Made by a program: the position numbers and the translations under genes. From positions 5,830,411 through 5,894,410 of the forward strand of contig NW_002060948.1 in assembly GCF_000150275.1 (NCBI RefSeq): 64,000 nt of DNA. Direction: 5' to 3'. Below, in pieces: positions 1-13,900 of this stretch. The notes under the pieces are model-generated. The model saw only the letters and a program-made list of their open reading frames with translations. It was not told the DNA's origin and did not search any database. Each line of letters starts with the position of its first letter. The stretch's first letter is position 1. This DNA comes from Trichoplax adhaerens (lineage: Eukaryota; Animalia; Placozoa).

Positions 1-1724
1 GGAGAGTCATGCACATGATTTGTTGCTTGTAATAAGCTTGTTAGAATCATTCCTAGACAATGAAGATAGCCTAGTTGTCATCGCATTAGGCCAAATGTTA
101 TGTCATCCATGATTATGACCGCATGCATCCGTTGAGTGAAGACGAAGCACATGATTGATAGTGTTGGGATCCAGATGTGCAGGGGCGTATAACTACCCTA
201 ACATGTAGTATAGGGTGCATATCGCTATCTCAATTCATTTTTGCTCTGTAGAAGACTGAATTACTGTCAGCATCATGTTGTAAGCTAATTTAAACCCCGA
301 AACGTTTAATCGTACGAACCTTCGAGGTAATACAGGGTCAGGTCTAAATACAGCACAATGGGAAAATGGAAAATAAATGGACAATCCAGATTGGTACTAT
401 TTCTAAATTTCCAAATCTAAAGTAGATACACATTACGAAATAGATGGACTCTATGCCTAATTTACTAATGGAAGTTCCAACGCCTGTCTCTTAAACTGTA
501 GCTAAAGCCTTCTAAATAAACCAAATAATTAATTTCATCGAATAAATAAACTAGAAAAGTCTCCCAACGGTGACCCATTTCATGCTACGGTACGGTACAG
601 TCTTTTTCTTCACAGTGCATGTACTGTGCACTGAGCATGAATGAAAAGTGGGAAACAGATGTAGGCATGCGCAAGAGCAACAAGATCAATTCGTTGTCCC
701 ATCTACTCTTTGTTCATGCAGTATGGCAGCGATTGTCTTGAATTGTAGTAGCCATCGCTGATTTGACTGTGAATAACGCTTTAATTTATCGAGCTCTTAA
801 TTGATTAATTGGATAGCCAGAAGTAGATTATCTCGTTTAGGCGTAGCTTTTGTTGACGCTGTATGATTCTCTCCATCATAGCAATAAACGCAGTCCAGCA
901 TAGTTAGATCCAAATTGTCTACTAGCCGTCCTATTTGCAGCTACAACTAGATCATTTGTGTAGAGTTTCGACAGTGATAGCTTCAGAAGTAAAGAAGTAG
1001 CGATCTATATGCCAAGTAATTGGTGCAGTTCAAGTAGGCATTTTTCTTATACTGAATGTGTAATTATAAATAGCTACTTTAAATCACCAACGCATTATAG
1101 CTTTTTATCCTACACTGACGGGTGACTACCGATAGATCTTTTTATGACAGCACGTCTCAACTATCCTAGATACGTAAGCAATATTAGACAAACGTATGAA
1201 TTGACTTACAGGTTATAGAGATCATCGTTTATATACTTGATGATATACTGTACTACAGCTTTCATTGGCCATTGAGTCATTGACTACGTTTTTGTGTGAT
1301 TTTGTCGATGTTTTATGAATTATGAGTAAAGTATGTTGTTTTGTTTGCGTTGAAACGCAAGCTTTTTTTTTGGTTCAATCGTACATTACATAGATTGACT
1401 AAATTAAATAGATTACACAATGTTGTAGTTGATACGTTAGGTTTACGAATTTTATTTTGAGATGATTATTTTCATCGAATCGAATAATATGAAAGCCACA
1501 TGTTAACGATGATGCGCTAGCACTAACTTATAGTTAACAACAGCTCCTTGCCATTATTTTAATTGCGATATCTGAGTCATGTAGTGTACTATAAGTGTAA
1601 TTATAGTTATCAGACTAGTATACTGTGTAAGAATGGATCTTCCTAGCTAACTAGCATACTTATAATTATGTGAATAAGCTGTATTAAATTAACGTGTACT
1701 ACCTTTTTTGACTAAAATTTCTAG

Positions 1725-4700
1725 ATGGAAGCTTTCGCTGACATTTTGCAAACTTTGCCGCCAGGATCTATCATTGCAGCCATAGTTAGCTTATTTACTG
1801 CAATGCTAATATTATGCGGATGCTGCCCTTCAGGACCTGTCGATAGATCGAAGGAAATAGAAACTCTTCAAGCTCGTAAGTGATAATGGAGACATCCTTA
1901 TAATTATCTTCGTATACTAGTTATAAAATTAAAAGATTCCGATATTAACTGAACTAAACTGTATGTTGATTAGTGAATGATAAACTGAACTCGAAAGTGG
2001 CTTCTCATGAAGTCGAAATAGCAACCCTATTAAAGAAAATTGAAGATATTAGCGTTAAGGTACGTGTTCTGACACTGTAAGTTTATCAACTAAAAATGCA
2101 AAACCATCTTAAAGATTAATAGATTTTTTAATACGATATCCTAATGCATTTCATACTTCATGTGACTAAAGTTGTTGTCAATCATCTTGCTGTAGTTTTC
2201 AAATATAGAAAATGAATTAAGTGGCAAAATTGCAGAAAATAAAAGTCTCCAGGTTATTATTTCCATACACCCACTTAAATTTGATATTTCTTAATAAGTA
2301 CAATTTCGAGAGGACTTAATTCGCATCCAATTTTAATCCTTAGCTGTCTAATTCAATAAAAACCTGTAAAACCATAGATAATTGTACTTATAATTATTAT
2401 CTTTGACTTATATATTGGCCTGGTACAAAATGCAGATGACTCTACAGCAACAGAAGGAATCATTAAAAGTTATACAAGAATCCTTACGCAATCAAACTAT
2501 GGCTTTAGAATCTGAAAGAAATGCCGTAAGTTTAGAACTCAACAGGAAATCGTTTATATTATTCTTGTATTTAATATATAGCAACATAAAATAGGCAACC
2601 AACGAGAAGAGAGATTTCCTTGAGCAAATTAACGAAGTTAAGCAACAGCTTGCAGAGGTATAAACTTGCTAATCTGTAATACTCAATACAGAATTGTCTT
2701 GGAGTTTATATCTTATGTTTTGATAACTACAGCGTAAATAAAATAGCTTAATTTTATTTATGTTCTTAGAAATGCGGTCAAATAGTAGATATGGAAATTG
2801 AGGTAAGGTATAGCACTTCGTGAACGATATCTGCATGGAATAATAACAAAAGCACATCTAGAATTATCGTGTATTTTTTTTCGCAAACTTAGAGTGTCAG
2901 TCTAAAGCGTGATGCCATTAAAATAAACGACGAAGCTACCGACCTGAAAGATAAATTACAAAGAAAAATCGATGAAATCAATGTAGGAATTTATTATTAC
3001 TTCATTTATATCGTAATTAGGCACCGAATAAATTAATAGCTTAACGTTCTGTTAGGTTTTACGTGATATCTTAACTGAAGTAGAAGATATTGATGATGAA
3101 GATTATGAATCTCTTGATAAAGGTAATTATTTAGCAAAATTTAGTACTTTGCTCCCATTAATTCGTTTTAGCAGAATCATGTTTTTAATTTTGTTAACAA
3201 TTCTATTCAATTTTAATTCCAAGCCCAAGCAAAAGCTAAAAAATTAGAAATGGTATTAGATTCAGTTAAGGTATTATGCCATGAATGCAAAGATTATAGT
3301 GACAGTCATTTTTATTTTTATGAAATCTATGAAAAATTACTTCATTTATTATCTATATGATGTTATTTAGATTGCCGCTGAACTTGAAAGGACAAAGGCA
3401 AAAGTCCGGGAGGAACAAATGGCTAAGGAAAAATTAGAAGGTTAGCAATGTAGTAAACCGCTATAAAGTTACAGTATATTTAACAACAAACTTACTTTGC
3501 TTTCATTAGCTCAATTAAGAGATAAAATAAAGGAAGTGGAAGTTCAAATGTTACGCGACATTCATAAATTACATGGGTAAGACCATAATAGATGAAATTA
3601 GTAAATTCGATTGCTTCATTTTTGTAATAAGATTAATTCCATTTTCAACATTGTAGCAAAGTAGAAGAAGTAACAGAAAACCAAGGTAGCATTTCTGCCC
3701 TGCGAGCCGAAGTAGAACATTACAAGTAAGTTATACCGTTCATTTAATCCAGTATTCTAGGAAACTTTTACTACATTAATAGAACTTATTAATATTAATG
3801 TAGGCATAAGATTGATCAACTAAATCAAGAACTACAAGATGTTGAAACCAGAAGTAGGAAACAGGTCGGGATTAAAATATTGCCATATATATATATTAAT
3901 TATTTATATCCTAACATCTCGGATGTTACTTAGATTGCTACTTATGAAGAAAAGACTCAGGCTGCTAGAGTAAGTTCTAAAAGCTTATCTAAAAGATTAA
4001 CTTTACTGTAGCTCAAATTAATTCTTGTTTCTTTTCGTAATGATACAGAAAAAGGAATGGACGTCGAGTCAATTATTAAAACAAAAAAATGAGGAAATGT
4101 CTCAACTAAAGGAAGATTTTAATCAAGTGAAGGAGGAGTAAGTTTATTTTATTATTTGGTGTAAATCTCTTGTAATGTATATTGACATACTTACTGAAAC
4201 GGTAATTGTATTATAGACTAACGGAACTGAAAAGAAATAACTTAAAGAGTGAATCGACTACTTCTACAGCTTCATTAGGTTAGATGCATGTTAACTGCTA
4301 TTGGTAAAATTTACAAGTAATAAATAATATGCGGCTAATAATGAATAGTAGCCTATAGTAAATAGTAAAATTTCTTGCAGCCTCCAACCAGACATCACCC
4401 CAAGCTCCTCCTACGTTGCCTTTTGGGCCTGGACCATTGCCGCCGCCTCCTGGATCTATGGGGTAATACTCTTGCTTATTATAGTACACATAACTTGTCA
4501 TAGCACTAACTATTTTGCTATATTACTGTATATACGCGTACATCAGTCCATTCCCATTTCGGTCCTTGCCGCCACGAGGTTAATAATAGACTTTTCTTTC
4601 ACTTCCATACAACATAAATGTCAATTTCAAATCTCTTTTTAACTTGCTAATAGGTCCACTACCTAGGCGTAGCAGCGCAGACACTTTGCAAGATGGCGCT

Positions 4701-5392
4701 TCTCCGAACCTAAAGTCCCCTGTTCCCCGAAGAGATAGCTCTGCTAGGGAAGGTACTGCGAATGACAGCATGATCGAATCCAATCCAGGTATATTTCAGT
4801 AAAAAAGATTTAATTGTGTTGACATATTTTAAAAATGATTACTAACGGTGATTTGATTGTGGCGCCTTAGGCAATCCTCCTATTTTTGGCCAAGAGGTAA
4901 ATGCATGTATACTTCATTTAAAGTCTAACTTTAGGGCTAATAGTTAACTGTGCTGTCTAAACTTGAGTTACTTTATTTGCTTTATTTTTCGTACAGCCAC
5001 CCCAGCCAATGATTAGACCACCAACTGACCTAAACCAGACTGATAATCAGCCCCGTCATCAATCGCTACCAACTGCTGGATTGCCCCATTCTCCTCAAGT
5101 ACTTCAAAATATGTCACCTATTCCAAGACGACCAGTTGGGCCTCCACCACCGATGTTACCATATCAACCAAGACCGTCACCTTTTAGACACCCGGTAGGA
5201 CTATTCCAGCAACGATTAGGTAATCCTTTACCTCCAAACATGCCCCGAATGCCTATGAGAGCTGAAAATCCTGCAAATTCTGAAGCAAATCAAGGTTGGT
5301 ACAATTGCGATTTGTTTATTTCTCGTGGAATTACTGCTAAAATCATTTCTATATTTTTTATAGCTAACAATTTAAGAAATTCGAATGTATGA
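1725..5392 (+). CDS. TANGO1/cTAGE5 (MIA3/MIA2)-family ER exit-site cargo receptor, short form: N-terminal TM, coiled coils, proline-rich tail; about 579 aa, 22 coding exons
   Basis: Phase-consistent GT-AG exons: 1725-1875, 1974-2059, 2196-2252, 2436-2525, 2595-2657, 2770-2802, 2893-2982, 3056-3122, 3224-3270, 3371-3440, 3510-3576, 3657-3725, 3804-3864, 3934-3969, 4049-4137, 4217-4278, 4381-4462, 4547-4578, 4654-4788, 4871-4896, 4997-5294, 5364-5392. TM segment SIIAAIVSLFTAMLILCGCC. YKHKIDQLNQELQDVETRSRKQIATYEEK resembles the TANGO1 second coiled coil as I recall it ([29 protein letters not shown]). PPP-rich C-terminus is typical of the Sec23-binding region. MIA3 versus MIA2 cannot be resolved, so no symbol is given. 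Confidence 0.85.
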
Positions 5393-7925
5393 TAACGAAT
5401 AATCTCTGAATGCGCTTCCAAATATTATAAACCTATTTACTCCATGAATAATAATCGCGATCAAGTCAGTGTCAGTCACTCTTTACATGGACCTTGCATA
5501 TCATTTTCATGTTTTAAGATATGATGAAAACTATGACAAAAAGTTAAATTTATATCATGCATAATCTATGTAAAGTGATAAACGATGTTCATTTTTATAT
5601 ATTTTCATTTACTTCTGTAAACCGGTGAATACCAAACTGAAAGTAAAAATTATTGTCTTTTTGACCATGCAACGGAAACATATTTTATTGGAAATTATTC
5701 GTAAACTATGACTGGTCATGATTACTACTTAGATATCAAATGTCTTGTGAATCCATGCGGGTATAGGACTTTTTACTCAAATTATTATAGAAAAAATAAT
5801 AAATTGCAATGTCATGACTGTCTAAGGCTCAGTATTTCATCATAACCTTAGGATTATTGTTACGGTTGCCACATTTATATTTCTAGGTTACGGGTGTAAT
5901 AAGCATTCATTTTAGACTTGGAGTAATGGTACAGTAACACATTGAAAATTTCACTTATCATAAATGGCTATGCTGATCTTGTCGTTGAAGTTCAAATTTA
6001 GCTGCTTGCAAAGGGCATCGCTACCGATAGTATGCATTAGACTGCGGTAGATAAAGTTTAAAGAAGCTTCGAACATATCGCACTACATCTAATGTAAGAT
6101 TAAGTCCTAATGCATAAAGGAATTAACTATAGTAGTTTGAACTATAAAGAAAATCTGAAACAGATGTGATCGAAATATATATAATAATAATGACCATAAG
6201 GAAACGTAAAACGTCAGCATTACTTGGAATCTGGCTCGTGCTGAATTGAAAAGAATCAAATTGTTGTATGCGAATCTCAAATAAAACGATTATCCTTAGG
6301 AGTTAAGAATCGTTGTACCAGTAAATCCAACTTCATACCACTAGGCCATTCATATTTGGAATGTTCTTTGATAAACTTAATTGACTACATGGCATGCTAT
6401 CACAACTGCATTCATATTTTATTAGAAGAATATTACATTATAGTTTAACTGCAACTATCTCGAACCAATATCTATCACATAAGTGAGGAATATCAAAATA
6501 GACGCTAATCGATCTATCCGGTTAGATCTTTTAAATCTACAAGAACAAGATAATTTAGCTACCGTAGTTAATCACATATTACTGTCTTAATTATTTTAAA
6601 CTATACTAGTTAAGTATTAACCCATCGTTTAAAAGCACTTGAAGTATTTGATCCCTGAAGGCAATAAAATCAAGCTAGACACCAATAGGTATCACTTAGA
6701 CATCCTAAGCCTACCTATTTGTAACATCAAGTTGCTTTAATTAAAACATTTATTAAAAGTGTTCTAGCTAAATCTACATTCAAATTCGAATAGAACTGCG
6801 GAAATTTGTTGAAATAGTAAGTAATAAAACAGTGATTAAATGTTATTATTAACAACTTTTATTTGAAATGTAGAAATAAATATCGTGATAAAAGTTCGCA
6901 GATGTGTATAAAATGCTACTACAGTATGTAGAATATAGCTGCAGCAATTTCTTTACGGCATAGCTCCTCAAGAATTGGAAATTTCGGTTGACTTATAGCT
7001 GAATTACTTTCAATTATATAAACTGTAGTAATATTGTTAATTAAGGTTGATAATTTGTTTATGTCGATTAAACGGAAAAGGCTTGATAATTGAATTTGAG
7101 ATTGGTAACTTCAATCTTGCGGAAGGAAAATTCTTGCCATAAAATAAAACCAGTGTTGTCATTATTTCATAACAGATGCAGCATTGGCATTGGCGTTAAA
7201 GTATGGCAGCTATCCAGATAAAATCTTACGATAGTCAATTGAATATGACTTTAAGTTAAGGGATGGAGAATATTTGCTTTAATTGGACCCATTTGGTTAT
7301 TATTTCAAAATTGAATATTGAAAGCTACATATAATAGAGATAAGAAAATGAGTTTGCTAATTAAGTGTGTGTCTAACTTTGACTAAATGTAATCCAAATA
7401 TTAAAAGGTAGGCTCGAAATTGTATGAGTATGCATAGAGTCAAAGCTCTCCTATATCAAAGTAATTTGCTTGAAACTCGATCGAAAGATTAGAAGATAGC
7501 CTACTTTATCCGATCTAAATTTTAAGTGAGATTGCATTCGAGGTATAATTACATCCAGGACGAAGATGAAAATCTTCTTATTTACATTTAAAGTTAATAA
7601 TAAAACAAATTGAAGGGATGAGCAAAAGAGAATTATTTAATCGGAATATAGCCAAAGACCAGAAAATAACATTATGTAGACATAACTTCCATTAATTACC
7701 AAGAATTAATCTCAAGTTAACTGCTCAAAGAAATATTTCCTATCGGGTTTGATCATATTTGCCAGCGAGTGATAACTCCATAAATCTATATTTGAGGACA
7801 AAGTTAGCTTGAAAAGAAATTTTTCACCATAGGTAAGCATGGTAGTAGATGCCAGAGGTAGAATTTGATTTATGTCTTGTGCTCTTAAAACTTTTAACTG
7901 CTATTGTACATGTTTTTATGCTTGA

Positions 7926-10900
7926 TTATACAATCGCTAGATCAAGATGTAAGAAAACTGGTTGACTTGTCAACAAGGATAACTTTCTACGTTTGTAGTC
8001 TACAGGTTTTTTGTACCTTTAGGAGCAAGAGAACGTTAAAATATTAGAATAGAATTCAATACCTGCAACTTTAATAAATGAGTAATGATGTAATTAGAAA
8101 ATATACAGGATAATTATATCTTTCATCGATGTATAAATTATCTTGTCGCTCTACTGAAGTTAAAACAAGTTTGGTACAATCTTATAACTACTACCATAAG
8201 TATATGAAACATCGATAGGATAAGTAATATACAGGATAAGTACTTCAATTATCGAATTTTAAAATATTTCGCTCCTGTATTAAATATATTATCAGTAAAA
8301 AGTAGAGAGCGAATCAAAACTTACAATTCTGTACAAACATGCCCTTCTTTCATTTGGTTTTCTTCTAGGAATGCGAAACATTTTATACTTGTTGATTTCT
8401 TCTTAACTTTAAAATGTTTCAATTCGAAAAAGATAGCCGCGTCTATAAGGTTAAATATCCAGTATTTAAGCCGAGAAATTAATAACTTTCAGTCGTCTAT
8501 TTTATGTGCTGTATGAGATTTGTCAATTTAATCAACCAAGTATTACAGATTCTCCAAAATTAGTGCAGCCTATTATATAACCATTTCTCACCTTTCGGCA
8601 CCTTAGTTAGAGGTATTGGTATGGCAATATTATTATTAAAGTATATTTCATTTCCTTCTTTAATAGTTGCTATTGGCGTATTTTGAATATCGCACAAGTC
8701 CATACCTTGACGATCTGTATGGAGAATCGATAGCAAAAAAATGAGAGGCGTTAATAACTAATCCGATCAAACGTTAAATTTCTAACTAAAACAATTAATG
8801 ACTAGATAGATGAGGAATACAACTTTGACCAGTACTACTATGACGATCCCTTCGTTTTATTTCGGTGTGATAATATCATCTGCAATACTATAGCATATCT
8901 ATAACATCTATATAGTGTATATCTACATATATTATATATCCACGCGCATAACATCTATAGTATTTTTTTACATAAATTATAATAAGCTAGAGAATATAAA
9001 AATTCCTGAAAGTAATGCTTTAGGATGATATCGATACCTATAGTAATATATAACATTAAAGATTTGAAGATTGTGTTCCTATTTATGCTGCAGCATTATT
9101 ATAAGTGAGAAAATAAGATATTGAAAGTTCACTATGAAACTAGGTCTAGCTAGGCATTTACGGAAATGATGAAATCAAATAATAATCAAATATTCAGACT
9201 TAGAATTCAATGGGTAATAAGTAAAAGGAAGATACCGTAAAATAGATTATGATAAGTTAGAGAAAATAGTAACTATCACCGAAAGTAATGCGTTAGAACA
9301 ATATCAAATTATGTATTAATAATATAATTGGAGATTTAACGATTGCATTCCTCTTTTACGCCTATATTATTGTTATTAGTAACAAGAATATCACATTAAA
9401 ATTTTGTTATTAAGCTACGTTTAATTAGATAATGACGGAAATGATAAAATCAAATAAATTTATCTAACTGACAAATGAAAAAATTGTTGAAAGGACTTTC
9501 AAATAGTGGTAGGATTAAATATGATGTATAGCTACCGTTTATATTATATTATTAGACGTTGAAAATAACTTCATGATGTCCATCATATCCTTACGATATA
9601 AACGTTTCCTTAACCCCTCAGAAATTAGACCCTTAAATATATGCTTTATTATAACACAAGTTTTGCTATATTATGGCCATACTTCTTACTATTAGAAGAC
9701 ATTAACAATTATTAATTATCCAACAGACCAATCGCTCCTAGTTCTAGTTATGTGGCAGTCACGATGCACAATTTTCTAGGTACTAATAGGTATTGACAAT
9801 TTTCATAAACCAATAACTTATCTGTAGTGTATTCAAAGAATGCAAATAGATCAAAGTGAAATGTTATGGGTTCAGATTGATTAAATGTCGAAATTTTTAA
9901 TCATTACGGCCGATAAAGAAAGACGTAAATATTGGCATCACCAGCGTAAATCACCACCAGCAATATCCTTATTCTACGAATATTTTATAAAAATATCTAT
10001 AAATACACCTTAAGGACGACAATATAACATGGAATGAGATATTTAATCCCATACTGGTAATTAATCGCTTTATCATCTAGTAAATCAGATCTAAATTACG
10101 TAATTTCGATGGATTTTTATTTTAGTTGAGCGATTCTCGAAAAGTTGATGCCATATAATTTTTCTTAGTAAAATAAGTAGAATCAATTGAGCAATCAGAG
10201 TATCTACTATCCATTCTGAATGAATTCTTATTAAATATAACTTTTACTTTCTTTTCTCCATATCTGTAGCCATCATTAAATTGCTGATTAGGTAATAAAG
10301 TATCAAACAATTATCTTCATCGAATTTGTAATCAAGACAGACTGCTTATGGGCGGTAACAGCTTAAAAAATGGTACGTGATCAATTCTATGTTTCGACAA
10401 AACGTGATTGTGTAGTATTTTGACACACTGATTACTAAAATTAGCTATATTATAATACAAAACCGATAGTCTAGTTACCATTGTCATCCATAAATCTTGG
10501 CTTTATTATTATGAAATAATGAATTTAGTCATTGTCGAAAAGACAAGAAAATTTCGCTGGTATAACTTAAATTAATGCACCATAATTTATTCATTAGAAA
10601 TGAAGGAGTGTAAAAGTCTTAAAGTAGTCAATAGACGTGATGCTACCCTTAACGATCCTTAAATTCGAAGATTTAGTTAAAAGTAAAGTACCGTGAAGAT
10701 AAATGGAACTATTAGTCTACCGTTTATAGGACCTCCGTATTCATTTAAACCTTTCCTATAAGTGTAGGAAATGTATTTTTAATATTTCAGATAAACAATT
10801 ACGAGCATCCTTGCTGAATAAATCTATCTATAGACCTACAAGAAGTAAAACTATCTATCTATAGCTTATCAAATAAATGTCTATGTCTTTGGAGAAGCAA

Positions 10901-13900
10901 TCTCAGTTTCTTCGCTGAAAATGCCTAGTTATAATAGATTTTATTTCGATGAATATATACGTATATATCATTTTAAAACAAAATTTTTCTGTCTGAGTTC
11001 AATACTTGTAGTACCCTTGTAAAATCTGTCGATATTATGAAGATATTTTTAGAACACTTGCATCGCTATGAAAAGACACATTAACAGCTTCATAGAATAA
11101 ACAATTTCTTGTTCTAAATAAACGATTTCAGTATCTTTGCACAATAAATCTATCGATATAGTGAGCAGGATAAACGTACGTTAACATACATAGCGAGCAA
11201 AATTTTTCTTTTCGAATAAATCATTTCATTGCCATTATAATATAAATCGATCGATATAGTAAAGTATTGTGATGCATTGACACCTTTAAAGTTAACAATT
11301 CAATCAACCATTTCTATAAGGTATCTTTGCATAATTAATCTATTGTCGTACACTATTGGAGACGGTGTCATTGATATTGAAGGTTAGTCTCTCCTATTTG
11401 CATAACGATAAATTGTTTTGCTTTAATTGCTTTCCAACTATTGACTAATTACCAGACTGTGTTATCGCTGATTTATCTCAAGGCTAACTACTAAAGACTA
11501 CCGCAAGAAATAGGATTGCAAGTAATCTAATAAAATCATCCATGTAGAATGTGCCTTTCTTCAATACCTTAGTAGCTCTTTATCATTAAAATACTTGGCT
11601 GCAATCTAGGGTATCCATTAATTTAACGTATTCAATTAGTAATTGATTGCTAAAGAATTTCATTCAATTTTATATCGTAGCTGTCTTTAAATTAGCTCAA
11701 GCTGATTGGAAATTAAACTTCGATCATCGAGGCACAGACTACTGGGGAGTAGCAAATGAACTGACCCAATATCTACGTAAGCAATTCTGTAAAGTCATTA
11801 TAATTTTAAAATAATTGGAAACAAATAGATAACATCTATCGTCGCCATCTTTTGCGTAGATAATTTGACACCTTAATTTAGAGTGTAAACCAGCTAAACA
11901 AATCATTACAAACAAATTAATTTCGTTCGCCTTATTTTCATATTTAATAAGAATTCAAATCTGATATCAATATAATCTCATAATTACGTAGAATTTTAGA
12001 AAAATATTTCAATTCTACTGCATTCTAAATCATCATTTCTAGACTATGCATGGATTAATGATATATGGCATAGAAATCTACATTTTTGATATAGAATTCA
12101 ATATAGAGTACTGTTATATTTTGAATTTAAATTTTGTATCAACTCTACTCATCTTCAAATTTCCTTCTCTATCATATTAAGCTATTCTCACTTATTATTT
12201 TAAGATAATATAGCATAACTGTAAATCCTTCAACTATTGTTAAATGTTATTTCGGATAAGGAATCGTATATGAAATCGATTTGGTTGTCTCTTCTTTAGT
12301 AATTCCGAATTCGAACTACTATTGCTCTCTCTATTACTGGATGCATAGGACTAGAATTAAATACTTTAAGAATTATGGAATAATTAAAATACTAACAATG
12401 ATGATTGAATTCTATCATATTTCTCTCTTATAAGTGATTTCTATTCAAATTTAAAGGCATAACATCACTATTGCTTCCGTATGATTACTTTAAATACCTA
12501 AAAACACTGTACTAGAAAATTTAACTAAAAGAAATAAAGAACATCCTATAACTTTCGAATAATAAAGTGCACTATCAAGTGCTATGACTAAAGTGGATGC
12601 TATATCCATATGATCATCTTAAATGCTTTAAAATTTAGGAACAAGCAAATGAAATGGATGAGAATAATTTCATCTGTATTGTCTGACAATAAAACATGAT
12701 TCATAAATTATTGTTTATATCATCGCTGCATTCATATGATTCTATTAATGGCTTTATAATTATAGAGAAATTATAGTGATATTCAATAAAAGGGGTGAAA
12801 TTCACAGTATTTATTTCGAAGAAAAACGTAATTTTAGCTACACCATCGTTACTACTATTTCATTATTTGAATTGCTTCAAAAATTGGGGAAGGAGGAATA
12901 TAAAAAACGAGATTTATCCTATTTCTGTCTACTGAAGATATAAAACGAAATTGGAGGTGCTACGGCTAATATCATCATGATCTCCATAATATTACTTGAA
13001 AGGCTTTAATATTGTAGAGAAATGAAATAGACAATTCCAATTTGTCACATTCCTCTCAAATTATTAAATGCAATTTAAGTTGTTACGGTTAACGTCATCA
13101 TGATGTCTCTACCATTATCTTCAATGCTGCAAATTATAGAGTAATCAAATGTAATAGACTTACATGCATCACATTTCTTTCTTGTAATAAAATATGATTT
13201 CAGCGATTTTTGCTAATGTCATCGTTACATCCATATCATTAATAGTAATGCTTTGAAATGGGGAAGCATTAAATGAAATTGATAAAATTGAATGTGTTAC
13301 TGCCAAAGCCACTCTGATCATTATTATTTTTAAATACTTCAAAGTTGCGGAGAATTCAAGCTTTCTAAAATTGGATCTATCATGGCTAGTGTTATTAAGT
13401 AGCCTACATGATTATTTCAGATAAAATAAATAAAATTGGAAGTATTGCTGCTATGATCACCCTGATCATAATCTTTAAATACTTCAAAATTGAGGAAACT
13501 CAAACCTTATAAAATTGGATCTATCATTGTTAATGTCATCAACCTACCCATACGATTATTTTTAATGTATTTAAAATTCTAGAGAAAATAAATAAAAATC
13601 GATGGCCTTTCTCTGTAGCAATTGGGTTCTAACATTGGCATTTGTCATTAGCTGCGATTATTTCATCATTTCAAATAAATCAAAATTGTAGGGAAATTAA
13701 GTGCAGAACCCAATCTGCTTAAATTACGTTTGCAGCTCTATCAGTATTCTTGCACGTACGCTCATGTCTATCAAAAGGATCAAATATCTTTCCAATTTTC
13801 ATATAAATGAAATTCATTTCGCAAAATTAAATCAGGAAATCGAAGTGCTATCATTCCTACTGAGAATGAAAATACTGCGGTAGCATAATTACTCAATTAC

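Noticed and set aside
1-200. Minus-strand gene running off the left edge (ATG near 49, MILTSLLQATNHVHDS)
   Set aside because: Only ~16 codons are visible and no motif is recognisable. Plausible as a divergent partner of the TANGO1-like gene but unsupported.
4298-4783. Minus-strand ORFs 4298-4501 and 4580-4783; likewise 30280-30627 (+) and 44351-44545 (+)
   Set aside because: Antisense or off-frame shadows of real exons.
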